The notes beneath the pieces were generated by a model. That model did not search any database. It was not told the origin of the DNA and saw only the letters and a list, made by a program, of their open reading frames with translations. Positions 18,668-29,960 of a stretch of DNA of 64,000 bases are shown here, piece after piece. Made by a program: the position numbers and the translations under genes. Positions within the stretch are counted from its first letter, which is position 1. Each line of letters opens with the position of its first letter. The DNA comes from an uncultured Lentisphaeria bacterium. GTDB taxonomy: Bacteria; Verrucomicrobiota; Lentisphaeria; JABSQK01; JAJFLO01. The stretch covers positions 1,042,486-1,106,485 of the forward strand of contig OX638337.1 in the NCBI GenBank assembly GCA_951812855.1, read 5' to 3'.

Positions 18668-20245
18668 ATGAGGACTGTTTTAATACCCACTAAACTAAGC
18701 ACCATCGCCGGGGATATGCTTGAGAAAAATAATTTCGCTGTTGTTCAGGATGCTGACACCAGCTTAGTCGAACTGGCAAAACAAAATCCATTGACATCAG
18801 CTTTAATTGTACGTTCTGAAAAAGTGAATTCAGAAATCATAGATTTATTACCGGAACTAAAAGTGATCATTCGTGCAGGAGCAGGTTATAATACGATTGA
18901 CATCAAATACGCACGTCGAAAAAACATTGATGTTATGAATACACCCGGGGCAAATGCGAATGCTGTGGCTGAAGAAGTCATTGCGATGGCACTCGGTGCC
19001 TATAGACATTTAGTAAAAGGCGATATATCCACTCGCAACGGTTCCTGGGAAAAGAAGAATTTTATGGGTAGAGAATTAACAGATAAAACTGTTGGAATTG
19101 TCGGGTTGGGACACATTGGCCAACTGGTGATTAAACGTTTAGAAGGATTTGCATGTAAAATCATAGGTTATGATCCGCTGATATCTCCGTCTAAAGCAGA
19201 ATCATTAGGCGTAAACCTGTGTTCCCTGGAAAATTTGTTTGAGCAGGCAGATATCGTGACATTACATATTCCAGAAATTGAAGAAACCAAAAAATTAATC
19301 AATAAAAAATTCCTGACTCTGATGAAAAAGGACGCAGTGCTTATTAATTGTGCCCGATCAGGAATTTTAAATGAAGATGATCTGCGAGACGTTAAAAAGG
19401 AAAAAAACATCATTTTCTGCAATGATGTCTATGATAAAGATGAAGCAGGAGAAAAAAGCGTTGCGGATATCGCCAATATCATGCTGCCTCATCTAGGGGC
19501 AAATACACTTGAAGCCAACGAAACTGCCGCCGGCAGAGCGGCGGAACAGCTCATTTCATATTTCGAGAAAGGTGTGACAACCTTTGTAGTTAATAAATCG
19601 GTACCAGACGGTTTAGATGAAGACCATCAATTACTTGCATACTATCTGGCAAAAGTGGCTCGCTGTTATCTGGGCTGTGATTCACAGCCAAACCGTATAG
19701 AAATGAGTTTTTATGGAGGACTTGATGAATTTTCAAACTGGTTGATTGCACCCATAGTTTCAGGAATTTCATCTGAATTCGATCCCGCGTTTGATATGAG
19801 TGACGCATCAGAATACTTACAGGAAAGGGGGATTACGTTTGATATTCGACCTGGTGATGAATCAAAAAAATACGGAAAATCAATGACAGTTGATTTATTT
19901 GAAGGGAAGGGAGATTCCATTACGAATGTCAGCGTCAGGGGAACGATTACAGAAGGTTATCCCATGGTATCCCGCATTGCCGGATTTGATAAACTCTATT
20001 TTGATCCCATTGGCAAAAGTATTCTGGCGGTCTACAAAGACCAACCGGGAATGCTCGCAAAAATTACGTCGGTGGTGGCAAAATATAATATCAATATCAA
20101 CGATATTCGCTGCCCGTCTGATCCTGACAGCAGAGATTCTATTGCTATCTTAAAAGTAAGTGAATCGGTTAATCAAACTATTCTTGATGAAATAATATCC
20201 ACATCCGGTGCGAGAAAAGCTGTATATTTAAACATCGAAAAATAA
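18668..20245 (+). CDS. serA: D-3-phosphoglycerate dehydrogenase
   Basis: 525 aa. A D-2-hydroxyacid dehydrogenase NAD domain (GIVGLGHIG) with a C-terminal ASB + ACT domain (GMLAKITSVVAKYNINI). Confidence 0.85.
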   Translation: MRTVLIPTKLSTIAGDMLEKNNFAVVQDADTSLVELAKQNPLTSALIVRSEKVNSEIIDLLPELKVIIRAGAGYNTIDIKYARRKNIDVMNTPGANANAVAEEVIAMALGAYRHLVKGDISTRNGSWEKKNFMGRELTDKTVGIVGLGHIGQLVIKRLEGFACKIIGYDPLISPSKAESLGVNLCSLENLFEQADIVTLHIPEIEETKKLINKKFLTLMKKDAVLINCARSGILNEDDLRDVKKEKNIIFCNDVYDKDEAGEKSVADIANIMLPHLGANTLEANETAAGRAAEQLISYFEKGVTTFVVNKSVPDGLDEDHQLLAYYLAKVARCYLGCDSQPNRIEMSFYGGLDEFSNWLIAPIVSGISSEFDPAFDMSDASEYLQERGITFDIRPGDESKKYGKSMTVDLFEGKGDSITNVSVRGTITEGYPMVSRIAGFDKLYFDPIGKSILAVYKDQPGMLAKITSVVAKYNININDIRCPSDPDSRDSIAILKVSESVNQTILDEIISTSGARKAVYLNIEK

Positions 20246-20384
20246 AATCCGGATCAATACACTTCCTATAGACAGACAGTTTCGAATAGACTGAGGTATT
20301 TTTCGAGAATGAACGTCTGTAAAGGCGTTACGTATCGTTTAAAATTTAACAGATAAACCCAGAAATAATCACATATACTTATGA

Positions 20385-22472
20385 TTATTTCTTTTGATTT
20401 TCTTCTTCAAATTTTTTGATCAGTTCATCACTGACAGTTCTTGGTACAGGAGCGTATTTAGCAAATTCCATGGTGAATTCCCCTTTCCCCTGAGTCATAG
20501 ACCTAAGATCTCCAACATACCCAAACATCTCAGAAAGCGGCATCTCTGCTGTTAAGGTACAGAAGTTTTGATTATCAACTGTACCCACAATAATACCTCT
20601 TCGGGAACTTAAGTTACCCATAACAGCCCCTTGAAATTCAGAAGGCAATTCAATTTCTACCTTCATGACCGGCTCAAGAATAATTGGTTTGGATTTATTA
20701 TAGGCTTGTCTAAACCCGCCGACAGCAGCCAGTCCAAACGCCATATCACTGGAATCCACAGTATGCGAAGCTCCGTCGGACAGCGTCATTTTAACACCAA
20801 TAATGGGAAACCCGATTAACGATCCTTTCTCCAGACATTTTTGGAAGCCTTTGTCAACGCTTGAAATGAACTCTCTTGGGATATTGCCGCCTTTGACCTG
20901 ATTATCAAATTCGTATTCTCCTGCTTCAGCCGGCTCCATTTTACCTGCGACCCGTCCATATTGCCCCGAACCACCGGTCTGTTTTTTATGGGTATAATCA
21001 AAATCAGATTCAGCAGTAATTGTTTCTCGATAGGCGACCTGAGGTGCACCCTTTTCTAACTCAACGTTATATTCTCTTTTGAGTCGTTCCAGATAGACGT
21101 CAAGATGAAGCTCTCCCATCCCTGAGATTATTGTTTCAGCACTCTCTTCATCATACCGGACTTTGAATGTCGGATCTTCTTTCATAAACCTGTTGAGACC
21201 CTTTGACAAATTTTTAGCGGCGGCTTTATTCAATGTTTCAATTTTAATATCAATTACAGGGTCGGGGACAAACATTGAGGTCATATTTACACGCTGCGTA
21301 CCGTCAGTAAATGTGGTACCTGATGCACACTCAATGCCAAAAATTGCGACAATATCTCCTGCTTCAGCACGAACTATTTCTTCCATTTCATTTGAATTCA
21401 TTCGTACTAACCGGCCGATATTGTGCTTCCGGCCATTTGTCATATTGGTCATTTTTGAGCCTTTACTCAGGGTCCCCTGATAAATTCTCATGTAGCTGAG
21501 CTGACCGTAAGCTCCATCTTCAAGTTTGAATGTATATCCAACAAATGGCTTATCTTTATCGGATTCCAACCGAACTGGTTTTTCCTCATTATCCAGGTCT
21601 AATGCCGTATTAGTTATATTACTCGGGTTGGGTAAGTATTCAGTAACAGCGTCCAGCAGAGTTTGAACTCCGACATTTTTATAGGCCGATCCCATAAATA
21701 TCGGGGTAATTTCGAGGCTCAAGGTGGCGTTCCTGATAACCCTTCGCAACAGATCTTCGGGAATTTCCTGTTCCTCTAAAATAAATTCTGTAAGTTCCTC
21801 TGAAAACATTGATGCTGTGTCCAATAAAATCTCACGTTTTTTATTCACCGCCTCGGTTATATCATCCGGTATAGGAACTGTGATGATGTTTTCACCATTT
21901 TCACCTTCAAATTTATACGCCTTCATCGAAATCAGATCAACCACACCTGTCAAATCGTGTTCAAGTCCTATTGGATATTGCATGGCAACGGCATTGTGTC
22001 CTAATTTTTCTTGCAATTGTGAAATTACTTTATCCGGATTCGCACCTGTGCGATCAAGTTTGTTTATGAAAGCAATACGCGGGACTTCATAACGTTTCAT
22101 TTGCCGATCAACGGTGATTGACTGTGATTGCACTCCGGCAACACTGCACAAAACCAGAATTGCACCATCGAGCACTCTGAGTGACCGCTCTACCTCAATC
22201 GTGAAATCAACATGCCCCGGAGTATCAATGACATTGATTGTATAATCATTCCAATGGCACTGGGTACAGGCAGAAGTAATGGTTATACCCTTCTCCCTCT
22301 CCAGCTCCATGTGATCCATTTTTGCACCGACACCGTCTTTTCCCCGGACTTCATGGATTGCGTGAATTTTTCCTGTATAAAACAATATGCGCTCCGTCAA
22401 AGTCGTTTTTCCAGAGTCAATATGTGCGCTTATACCTATATTTCTTAATTGTTCAAGTGTGTGTGTTGACAT
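20385..22472 (-). CDS. fusA: Translation elongation factor G (EF-G2-like variant)
   Basis: 695 aa with full EF-G domain architecture ([18 protein letters not shown], domains II-V). The G-domain motif [23 protein letters not shown] differs from the canonical EF-G1 [13 protein letters not shown]. Confidence 0.85.
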   Translation of the reverse strand: MSTHTLEQLRNIGISAHIDSGKTTLTERILFYTGKIHAIHEVRGKDGVGAKMDHMELEREKGITITSACTQCHWNDYTINVIDTPGHVDFTIEVERSLRVLDGAILVLCSVAGVQSQSITVDRQMKRYEVPRIAFINKLDRTGANPDKVISQLQEKLGHNAVAMQYPIGLEHDLTGVVDLISMKAYKFEGENGENIITVPIPDDITEAVNKKREILLDTASMFSEELTEFILEEQEIPEDLLRRVIRNATLSLEITPIFMGSAYKNVGVQTLLDAVTEYLPNPSNITNTALDLDNEEKPVRLESDKDKPFVGYTFKLEDGAYGQLSYMRIYQGTLSKGSKMTNMTNGRKHNIGRLVRMNSNEMEEIVRAEAGDIVAIFGIECASGTTFTDGTQRVNMTSMFVPDPVIDIKIETLNKAAAKNLSKGLNRFMKEDPTFKVRYDEESAETIISGMGELHLDVYLERLKREYNVELEKGAPQVAYRETITAESDFDYTHKKQTGGSGQYGRVAGKMEPAEAGEYEFDNQVKGGNIPREFISSVDKGFQKCLEKGSLIGFPIIGVKMTLSDGASHTVDSSDMAFGLAAVGGFRQAYNKSKPIILEPVMKVEIELPSEFQGAVMGNLSSRRGIIVGTVDNQNFCTLTAEMPLSEMFGYVGDLRSMTQGKGEFTMEFAKYAPVPRTVSDELIKKFEEENQKK

Positions 22473-22852
22473 AGAGATTACTCCAACCGTATAAATTGAT
22501 AATAGATGATAAAACGAAAACCGAATAATGTGCAGTCAATTCAACATTATACAATTTTTTTCAAGTAAAAAAATGATACAATTAGTTATGCAAAAGAGTA
22601 AGAGATTTATCAAATTTACAGGGATCTCAAACAATTTGAATTAGTTCCGATTGTCAGTATTAGACTTTGGGTCTGCTCGAAGATCAGGAAACCCGGTTAT
22701 TTGTTAATCTCTGAGTGATAATTTTGTTGATCTTATTAATATTTACGGATATAATTTGGGAAAGAATCGTGATTCTCAGCATGACGTAACCAATTTAATG
22801 CATTTTGTAATTCAAATTTTAAACTCTGGTTAATACGGATATTCAGTCAATA

Positions 22853-24112
22853 ATGAATTCATTCATAATTATACAATTAATACTTTTAGTTTTACTGATT
22901 CTGCTTTCAGGATTCTTTTCTTCCTCGGAAACAGCACTGTTTTCACTGGAGAAAACAGTATTAAAAAAATGGAGGTCTGAAGGCAGCAAATATCAAAAGA
23001 CAGTTTCATTTTTAATGGACGATTATCATGGCACGCTTGTGGCCATCCTGATTGCCAACAATTTCGTGAATATTTTTGCAGCAATCACATTTAATAATTT
23101 AACATCTGCATTCATATCAGGAATCGCAGCTCCTCTTGTTGCCGGGACCTTGATTACCGTTATTCTTCTGATTTTTGGAGAGGTTACACCCAAATCAGTT
23201 GCATATTCAAATTCGAATAAGATCGCACCGGCAATCGCACCGCTGATATTATTCTGTTATCGATCATTCCAACCGTTAATTTTATTATTGAAACGAATAT
23301 CCGCCCATATTATTACATCGCTTCCGGGAGAATTGAACGACTCAACAGCAATCACTGCTGAAGAATATCATACTTATATAACTCTGGGTAAAAACGTCGG
23401 TGCCTTTTCCGACAGAGAATCTCACCTTCTTGAAAGAATACTTCAATTAAGGAACAAAACAGTAATTACTGCAATGATTCCACGTATCGACGTAAAAACC
23501 GTTGATATATCATGGAATTATAAAAAGGTTACAGAAACCATTCAAAACTATCGACACAGACTTATTCCCGCAGTGAATGGCGATCTCGATAAATTAGTCG
23601 GGATTCTGGATGTCAGGATGTTTTTACTTGCACCGGCAGGAGTAAAGAAATCCTGGTTGAAAACATGTTTATTGAAACCCATTTACGTTCCCGAACAAGC
23701 CTCTCTTAATACAGTACTGGAGACATTAAGAGAGAAAAACCAATCAATATCTGTTGTCGTTGACGAATATGGCGGGTCATCTGGTATTTTAAAAGTAGAG
23801 GATATTGTCGAGGAAATTGTTGGGGAAATGACAGATGAATATGATATCCCTGCCTGGACGATCACCAGCATTAATACCAATCATTGGCGCTTAAACGGTC
23901 TTATTCAAAAACATCAGGTAACCGAATTAATCTCTATTGAGTTGCCGGAGGGAAGTTCTGAAACCGTAGGAGGATTTCTAACTGAACAGATTGGCAGAAT
24001 TCCAGTTGAAGGTGATTCATGGCAATTTAAGGAATGTTACTTCAACGTGCGCAGGGTACACCAGAAAAGAGTGATCGAATTAGATCTATTACTTAAGGGA
24101 AGCGAAGAATGA
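22853..24112 (+). CDS. CNNM/CorC-HlyC family transporter-associated protein (DUF21 + CBS pair + CorC_HlyC)
   Basis: 419 aa. N-terminal DUF21 4-TM domain (…SGFFSSSETALFSL…), a CBS pair, and a C-terminal transporter-associated domain. Confidence 0.7.
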   Translation: MNSFIIIQLILLVLLILLSGFFSSSETALFSLEKTVLKKWRSEGSKYQKTVSFLMDDYHGTLVAILIANNFVNIFAAITFNNLTSAFISGIAAPLVAGTLITVILLIFGEVTPKSVAYSNSNKIAPAIAPLILFCYRSFQPLILLLKRISAHIITSLPGELNDSTAITAEEYHTYITLGKNVGAFSDRESHLLERILQLRNKTVITAMIPRIDVKTVDISWNYKKVTETIQNYRHRLIPAVNGDLDKLVGILDVRMFLLAPAGVKKSWLKTCLLKPIYVPEQASLNTVLETLREKNQSISVVVDEYGGSSGILKVEDIVEEIVGEMTDEYDIPAWTITSINTNHWRLNGLIQKHQVTELISIELPEGSSETVGGFLTEQIGRIPVEGDSWQFKECYFNVRRVHQKRVIELDLLLKGSEE

Positions 24113-25104
24113 TTGCTTTACTCTTTGGATTTTTAATAATTGTTTTCTTACTGTCGTCAGCATGCTTCAGTGGATTTGAAAACGGTATTATATCTATACG
24201 CAGCGCCCGACTAAATCACGCGGTTGAACAGGGCTCAAAACGGGCGAAAATCATGAAAATGTATTTGGACAAACCTGAAACAATGTTATCTGCAATCTTG
24301 TTAGGAAATAACATCAGCAACTGTTTTCTTGCTGTGTTTTTTGATGAGTTGTTACATTTATATTATGATTCATTTCTTATGTCAGTTTCAGGGTCGGTGA
24401 TTTTAACAATTATTGTTCTGATATTAGGTGAAATATCACCCAAAATTTGGTTTAGACAAAAACCATTCTACCGTTGTCAGCTATTTATTTATCCATTCTA
24501 CTTTTTCCATCGATTTTTTGCTCCGTTTATAAGCATGCTTACAAATATCGTAAAACTGCTAAATAAATATTTTATTCATAATGAAAAGAATATCCCTGCT
24601 GAAGCATCACTGATGAGAGAAGATTTCAGAACAATGATTATGGAGAGTTATGATGACAAATTGATCGATAAAGAAGCCTGTTTACTCATCGAAAATGGGT
24701 TGGAATTTCATCATACCAGAGTAAAAGATCTTTCAGTAAATTACTCCGATGTAAAAACAATATCTTCAAAAGCTACATTGAATCAAGCACTTCAGTATGC
24801 CCGGAAACATCAAGTCAGTCGCCTTCCGGTATTTAACGAAACCAGCAGGGAATGGGTGGGTATTTTTTCAATCTATGATGCATTTTTCCACGTTAAAAAA
24901 AAACACTGGGGGAAAAAACATGTTATCGAATATATTCGCCCGATTGTGACAATTTCAGACCAAATGTCAATTCACAACGTCATTCCCCGTTCACGATTCA
25001 ACAAGAGTCCGTTCTTAGTCGTTCTTGATCAGTCTAATAATCAAACCGGCATTATTACAATTAGTGATGTTATGCGCCCGTTGATCGGAAAAATCTCGCT
25101 ATGA
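24109..25104 (+). CDS. DUF21 + CBS-pair membrane protein (CNNM-family paralog lacking CorC_HlyC domain)
   Basis: 331 aa. DUF21 N-terminus (…ACFSGFENGIISI…), followed by a CBS pair. There is a 4-bp overlap with the upstream paralog. Confidence 0.6.
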   Translation: MIALLFGFLIIVFLLSSACFSGFENGIISIRSARLNHAVEQGSKRAKIMKMYLDKPETMLSAILLGNNISNCFLAVFFDELLHLYYDSFLMSVSGSVILTIIVLILGEISPKIWFRQKPFYRCQLFIYPFYFFHRFFAPFISMLTNIVKLLNKYFIHNEKNIPAEASLMREDFRTMIMESYDDKLIDKEACLLIENGLEFHHTRVKDLSVNYSDVKTISSKATLNQALQYARKHQVSRLPVFNETSREWVGIFSIYDAFFHVKKKHWGKKHVIEYIRPIVTISDQMSIHNVIPRSRFNKSPFLVVLDQSNNQTGIITISDVMRPLIGKISL

Positions 25105-25134
25105 TCAAAGTCCTTTAACGCCGGGTTTAGGAAT

Positions 25135-26178
25135 TTAAACGTCAATTAAAATTTTTGATTCGATATAGTCTCTAACCCGTGCCGGTGTCATAACATCACT
25201 TAGACATAATTGTTGCGGCAGCGGGCAGTTTCGTTTGAAGCAGGGAGAACAGTTGATAGTTGATTTGAATACCTTATGAATATCTCCATACGGCCCCGTT
25301 TTTGAGGGATCCGTGGGTCCGAAAAAAGAAACTGTTGGAACCTGAAGAGCTGCTGCTATATGCATTGGCCCACTGTCATTCGTTAAAAGCATACAGCTTT
25401 TCCTTAAGAGCTGAACCATAACCGGCAGATTTGTTTTCCCCATTAAATTTTTCACATTTTCAGACTGACATGATTCAGTTATTAAATTGCCGATATGCGA
25501 TTCAGAATCTGAACCGAGAATCCAAAACGCGATTCGACTGCCTGCATTTAAATTTAATAATGAAATTGTCTCCGAAAAATGAGTTTGTGGCCAGGTTTTA
25601 CTTGGCCATCGGGTTGACGGTGCAATTGCAATTAATTTATTCGCGTCATTTATTTTATTCTCACGTAATAAATTATTTGCATCAGTCATCCAGGTCGGCT
25701 TTTCAATAAATCTGGGTGACAGGTATGATTGAGTAATACCGAGCGAATGTTGAACTAAATAAAGATTTTTTTCTACTGCATGGGTAATTTCTCGGGGAGG
25801 GTTAATTTTATCTGAGTAAGAAAATTGAGAAAGTTCGCGTGCATGAGAAAAGCCAATTTTCACAGGACTATTGGCAAAATAAGTACATAACCCACTTCTA
25901 AAGAGTCCCTGAAAATCAAATACATAATCAAAATAACGGTGACGAAGGCTAAAAAGAAATCGAATTAAATCGCTAAAATTTGCGATTTTCGCCCAATGTT
26001 TGCGCTTAAAAAATATGAATTCATCGACATCTTTGAATAATTTTGAAAGTTCGGCGAATTCGTCAGAGATCAACCATGTTATGTGGCACGAGGGGAATTG
26101 ATCTTTAAGAACTCTTACAGCAGGTAAAGTATGAAAAATATCGCCTAAACTACTGGGTTTAACAACCAGTATTTTCAT
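25135..26178 (-). CDS. Glycosyltransferase family 9 (LPS heptosyltransferase-like)
   Basis: 347 aa. MKILVVKPSSLGDIFHTLPA N-terminus, and NDSGPMHIAAALQVPTVSFFGPTDP, typical of RfaF/WaaC/WaaQ. Confidence 0.75.
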   Translation of the reverse strand: MKILVVKPSSLGDIFHTLPAVRVLKDQFPSCHITWLISDEFAELSKLFKDVDEFIFFKRKHWAKIANFSDLIRFLFSLRHRYFDYVFDFQGLFRSGLCTYFANSPVKIGFSHARELSQFSYSDKINPPREITHAVEKNLYLVQHSLGITQSYLSPRFIEKPTWMTDANNLLRENKINDANKLIAIAPSTRWPSKTWPQTHFSETISLLNLNAGSRIAFWILGSDSESHIGNLITESCQSENVKNLMGKTNLPVMVQLLRKSCMLLTNDSGPMHIAAALQVPTVSFFGPTDPSKTGPYGDIHKVFKSTINCSPCFKRNCPLPQQLCLSDVMTPARVRDYIESKILIDV

Positions 26179-26180
26179 TA

Positions 26181-26906
26181 TCAGGAGCCTTTTTCTAAGC
26201 GGAGTGCTAACCCTTCAGGTAAACCCGCTTTGATAATTTTTTCCTGGGCGGATTGAATATCATATGGGATACGGTGCAGCGTAACAAGATTTTCGTCAGT
26301 ATCATATATAACAAAAGCTGATTTCCAATTTCCATCGCGAGGTTGTCCGACACTTCCGACATTAATAAGATATTTATGACCCTGCTGAATTTTAATTTCA
26401 CTATACTTCCCACCCTGGATTGTGCCGAATTTTTCAAAGGCTAAAGGCACATGGGAATGTCCACAAAAGCAAATCTGGGAAAATTGATAGCGAAAGCTTG
26501 CTCCCGCTGACAGCTTATCAAGAATATATCCCCAGCGTTTCGGGGAATCTAAAGATGCATGAACGATGGTAATTTTCCCAATCTGCATGGTGAGTTTTAA
26601 GCGTTTTAACCATAATCGCTGCTCCGGACTTAGATTATTCCTGGTCCATTCAACAGCCATAGCAGCTTGTGCATTGAATCCTGTCAAATCAGTATTTTGG
26701 ACAGCCTTTTCATCATGATTTCCCATGACAACTCCGGCGAGCGGAAGTTTTTTAATGATCTCCATACAATCACTCGGATCTGCATTATAACCAACAATAT
26801 CGCCAATGCACAAATAATTGTCGACACCAATTTTATCACATTCCCGAAGAACCGCAGTTAACGCTTCCAAATTCGCGTGTACATCGCCAAAAACAGCGTA
26901 TTTCAT
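26181..26906 (-). CDS. Metallophosphoesterase (YfcE/MJ0936-like)
   Basis: 241 aa with GDVHAN, GDIVGY and GNHD motifs. It lies 2 nt downstream of the GT9 gene. Confidence 0.7.
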   Translation of the reverse strand: MKYAVFGDVHANLEALTAVLRECDKIGVDNYLCIGDIVGYNADPSDCMEIIKKLPLAGVVMGNHDEKAVQNTDLTGFNAQAAMAVEWTRNNLSPEQRLWLKRLKLTMQIGKITIVHASLDSPKRWGYILDKLSAGASFRYQFSQICFCGHSHVPLAFEKFGTIQGGKYSEIKIQQGHKYLINVGSVGQPRDGNWKSAFVIYDTDENLVTLHRIPYDIQSAQEKIIKAGLPEGLALRLEKGS

Positions 26907-27088
26907 GAACGATCCCCGGTTGATTTTATTGACTCACTTACCTGAGCAATAGGCAATTGACCTGATGCTGATAATGTCTTCATCCAGCTAACGGCAACGA
27001 GTTAAGTGGGAATAAATAGAAAGTGGACAACCTGCTATGAGCCCTAATCTAAGAATTATTTCCGAATTCGCAACTTAAAAATTCAAGA

Positions 27089-28474
27089 TTAATTCAAATT
27101 ATGATGAAAGTCTCTGTAGAGTTTTAAAAGCCCTTGTTGGGAACAGGCATTTTTCAAAATAGCGTTACTCCTGGCAGGGGGAATGAAAAAATGATGGACC
27201 GCCTCCTTAAAGGTACGGTTATCCTGCAGCCTGGGAACCTTCATTGCAATCAATTTTATCTTTTGGCAATTCTCTACATCATCCTCAACCATAAAATAAC
27301 CCAACGAAAACGGTATCGCGAAATTTATCAGAAGATCATTAATTCTATTTGCCCCCAATAATGAAATCGGATTTTCCAGAGCAACAGCGAAACTAATGAA
27401 TTTCGTCTGATTAATTTCACGATCAATCGTAAAAATTTGTTTGAGTTCACTATAGTAATTTTTAATTTTATTCTCTTTTTTGAAAATACCTAATATTTTC
27501 GACCCAAGTTTAAATCTTGCATTTTTAATAACATAATAGGCTGCAAGCAGTCTTCTCTCCGGGGAATTAGCCGGTCTGTAACTACTTTTTTTCCAACTGA
27601 CAGGAGAATAATTTTGTCGTTTACTCCACCAGGATTCCCACATTTTAGAAACCCATGATGAATAATCCGGATGAATATTTATTTGACTGGGATCAGGAAG
27701 CAGTCCTGCTGTACCGAATAATACCGAAAATGCATCAATCTCCGAAAATTGAGACAATTCCTCCAGTGAAATTTTAGAACTCAGTTCAGCAAAGCCATCG
27801 CGATTTATTTTATATCCCATTCCATCAAGTAACGCTTTATACGCGGTATCTTCTAAACCGTACTTTATGATTTTCTGTGCAAAACTCCGTGCTTTTTCGT
27901 AAACTCTCATTAAGCCGAAAGACTGAGTTAAATCAATAATCTGATCATTGCTCAAACTTGAAAACCAATTCGCATATTTCCCAGGTTTGATTTTGCGTGC
28001 ATAAGGATACGAAGAGGTATTAAACGTTTCTACAACATTTTCAAGTGGTATCAATAAGTGTTTCTGTATACTGAATAATGGCACATTTGGCGGAAAGTTG
28101 ATCAATCCTTCAGGATTATTCCATACCACATGAAGAACCACGTCGTTATATGCTGAATCAAACTGATGGTTATGTCTGTTCCAATCTTCAGGGCTGAAAT
28201 GTATCTCTATCCACCCCCGTTTTTTAACTCCGGAAATTATTATTTCAGCATGCTGAAAATCCGGTCCGGATTCAATATTCCAAATTCCTTTTTCCACGAT
28301 TTCAAGTGTTTCACCCGATTCTGTGCACAGTGGCATTTTGAATAATTGTTCGTTCCAAATAATTTGCAGTAAGTTTTCCTGGAAATATGGCTCATGTTCT
28401 TCGAATAAATAAAAACCATTCGAGAAGAGCTTCTGAAAAAAATCATCAGTATTGAATTTTGACTTTTGTGACAT
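27089..28474 (-). CDS. Hypothetical protein, likely DUF2851 family
   Basis: 461 aa soluble protein. The N-terminal region (LLQIIWNEQLF…) resembles DUF2851. This rests on memory only; no catalytic motif was identified. Confidence 0.35.
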   Translation of the reverse strand: MSQKSKFNTDDFFQKLFSNGFYLFEEHEPYFQENLLQIIWNEQLFKMPLCTESGETLEIVEKGIWNIESGPDFQHAEIIISGVKKRGWIEIHFSPEDWNRHNHQFDSAYNDVVLHVVWNNPEGLINFPPNVPLFSIQKHLLIPLENVVETFNTSSYPYARKIKPGKYANWFSSLSNDQIIDLTQSFGLMRVYEKARSFAQKIIKYGLEDTAYKALLDGMGYKINRDGFAELSSKISLEELSQFSEIDAFSVLFGTAGLLPDPSQINIHPDYSSWVSKMWESWWSKRQNYSPVSWKKSSYRPANSPERRLLAAYYVIKNARFKLGSKILGIFKKENKIKNYYSELKQIFTIDREINQTKFISFAVALENPISLLGANRINDLLINFAIPFSLGYFMVEDDVENCQKIKLIAMKVPRLQDNRTFKEAVHHFFIPPARSNAILKNACSQQGLLKLYRDFHHNLN

Positions 28475-28541
28475 TTTACGGAATATTTAAGATTATCAGT
28501 TGGTCAGTAAATTAAAATAAATATTAAAAACTTAAAATAAA

Positions 28542-29960
28542 ATGAATATATATTGTCAACTATACCAGATTTCTAAACGATTTGGAATTCGGTGCTCTAT
28601 TCCATTTTTCATTTTTGCTGCAGCACAGACCGTTTTCTCAAGCGGTTCAGAAAACCTTTCTACATCAAATCGGGTAACACCGGTTGTCAAAGCGGTTTCC
28701 AAAGTTTTAGAATCTGTTGTAAATATTAGTACCGAACGAATCGTCACGAAACGATATCAGCGTTTTGGTTATTCAGATCCGTTTACCAAACTGTTTGAGC
28801 AATTTTTCGGACTCCAGGACAGGAACTATAAAACAAATTCACTGGGCAGCGGTGTTATTGTTGATCGCCGAGGATTAATACTGACTAATAACCATGTAAT
28901 ACAGAAGGCGTCACGAATTATAATTACCCTGGCAGACGGTTCAGATTATGATGCCGTCCCCGTGGCTACAGATCAAGAAAACGATTTGGCACTGATTCGT
29001 CTGGAGGGATTGTCAGAAGATGTAAATCTGCATGCAATACCGTTTGCAAAACCAAATGATCTGTATTTAGGCGAAACCGTGATTGCTGTGGGAAATCCGT
29101 TTGGTCTTGGACATAGCGTCGCAACTGGAGTGCTGAGTGCAATTAAGCGCAAAGTTATTTATGACGGCGAAGAATTATTTGATGATATCATGCAAACTGA
29201 TGCCGCAATTAATCCGGGAAACAGTGGAGGACCTGTTATAAATGTGGATGGTGAGCTTATTGGAATAAATCTTGCAATCCATGGAGATGCGGAAGGGATT
29301 GGATTTGCAATACCATTAAAGCGAATTGAAGATATTTTGAGCTTTTGGATGATTCCTTCCCGATTCAGCATGAGCAGTTGCGGAATTATACCCGGGACTA
29401 TAACAACAGCGGATAACAAAAGTAACGTGTTTGTTAGCAAGATACTGCCAGACAGCCCTCTGGAGCAGACTTCAATTAAAGAAAACGATATTATTCAATC
29501 TATTAACGGTATTGAGGTCCATCAGGCAATTGATGCAAGTAGAATCTTATGGTCTATGAAAAACGGTGATTCTATCAAATTCGTACTGGAAAATGGAAAG
29601 ACAGAAGAATGTGTTATTTCATCAATCCCTGAACTTGGCGGTAAAGATCTGGCAATGAAAACCCTGAACGCAGAGCTGCAACAATTAACAAAAAGACTTG
29701 GAGAAGCACTTGGATTGCCGTATTCAAGAGGATTGATCGTCAGCGATTTAGATCAGAATAGTTCTCTCGCAAAACAGGGGGTTCAGCGGGGAGATGTTAT
29801 TATCCAAATTGGAGAAATTCCAATTGCAGGATTTTCTGATTTAGTTCGTGCATTAAATCAAAGTCGGTATGAACGCGTTCTTGATTTTGTCGTCGACAGA
29901 GTTGTAAATGTCAGGGGTCACCTGATACTCCACCGATATATATTAAATGTACCGATTTAA
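28542..29960 (+). CDS. Periplasmic serine endoprotease DegP/DegQ (HtrA family) with two PDZ domains
   Basis: 472 aa. Signal peptide, then a trypsin-like domain with His (TNNHV), Asp and GNSGGP catalytic motifs, then two PDZ-like regions. Confidence 0.8.
   Translation: MNIYCQLYQISKRFGIRCSIPFFIFAAAQTVFSSGSENLSTSNRVTPVVKAVSKVLESVVNISTERIVTKRYQRFGYSDPFTKLFEQFFGLQDRNYKTNSLGSGVIVDRRGLILTNNHVIQKASRIIITLADGSDYDAVPVATDQENDLALIRLEGLSEDVNLHAIPFAKPNDLYLGETVIAVGNPFGLGHSVATGVLSAIKRKVIYDGEELFDDIMQTDAAINPGNSGGPVINVDGELIGINLAIHGDAEGIGFAIPLKRIEDILSFWMIPSRFSMSSCGIIPGTITTADNKSNVFVSKILPDSPLEQTSIKENDIIQSINGIEVHQAIDASRILWSMKNGDSIKFVLENGKTEECVISSIPELGGKDLAMKTLNAELQQLTKRLGEALGLPYSRGLIVSDLDQNSSLAKQGVQRGDVIIQIGEIPIAGFSDLVRALNQSRYERVLDFVVDRVVNVRGHLILHRYILNVPI

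Noticed and set aside
20300-20385. AT-only hairpin (aaataatca…tgattattt) between the convergent serA and fusA as a bidirectional terminator.
   Set aside because: The stem is entirely A/T and predicted stability is low. It is plausible but too weak to call.
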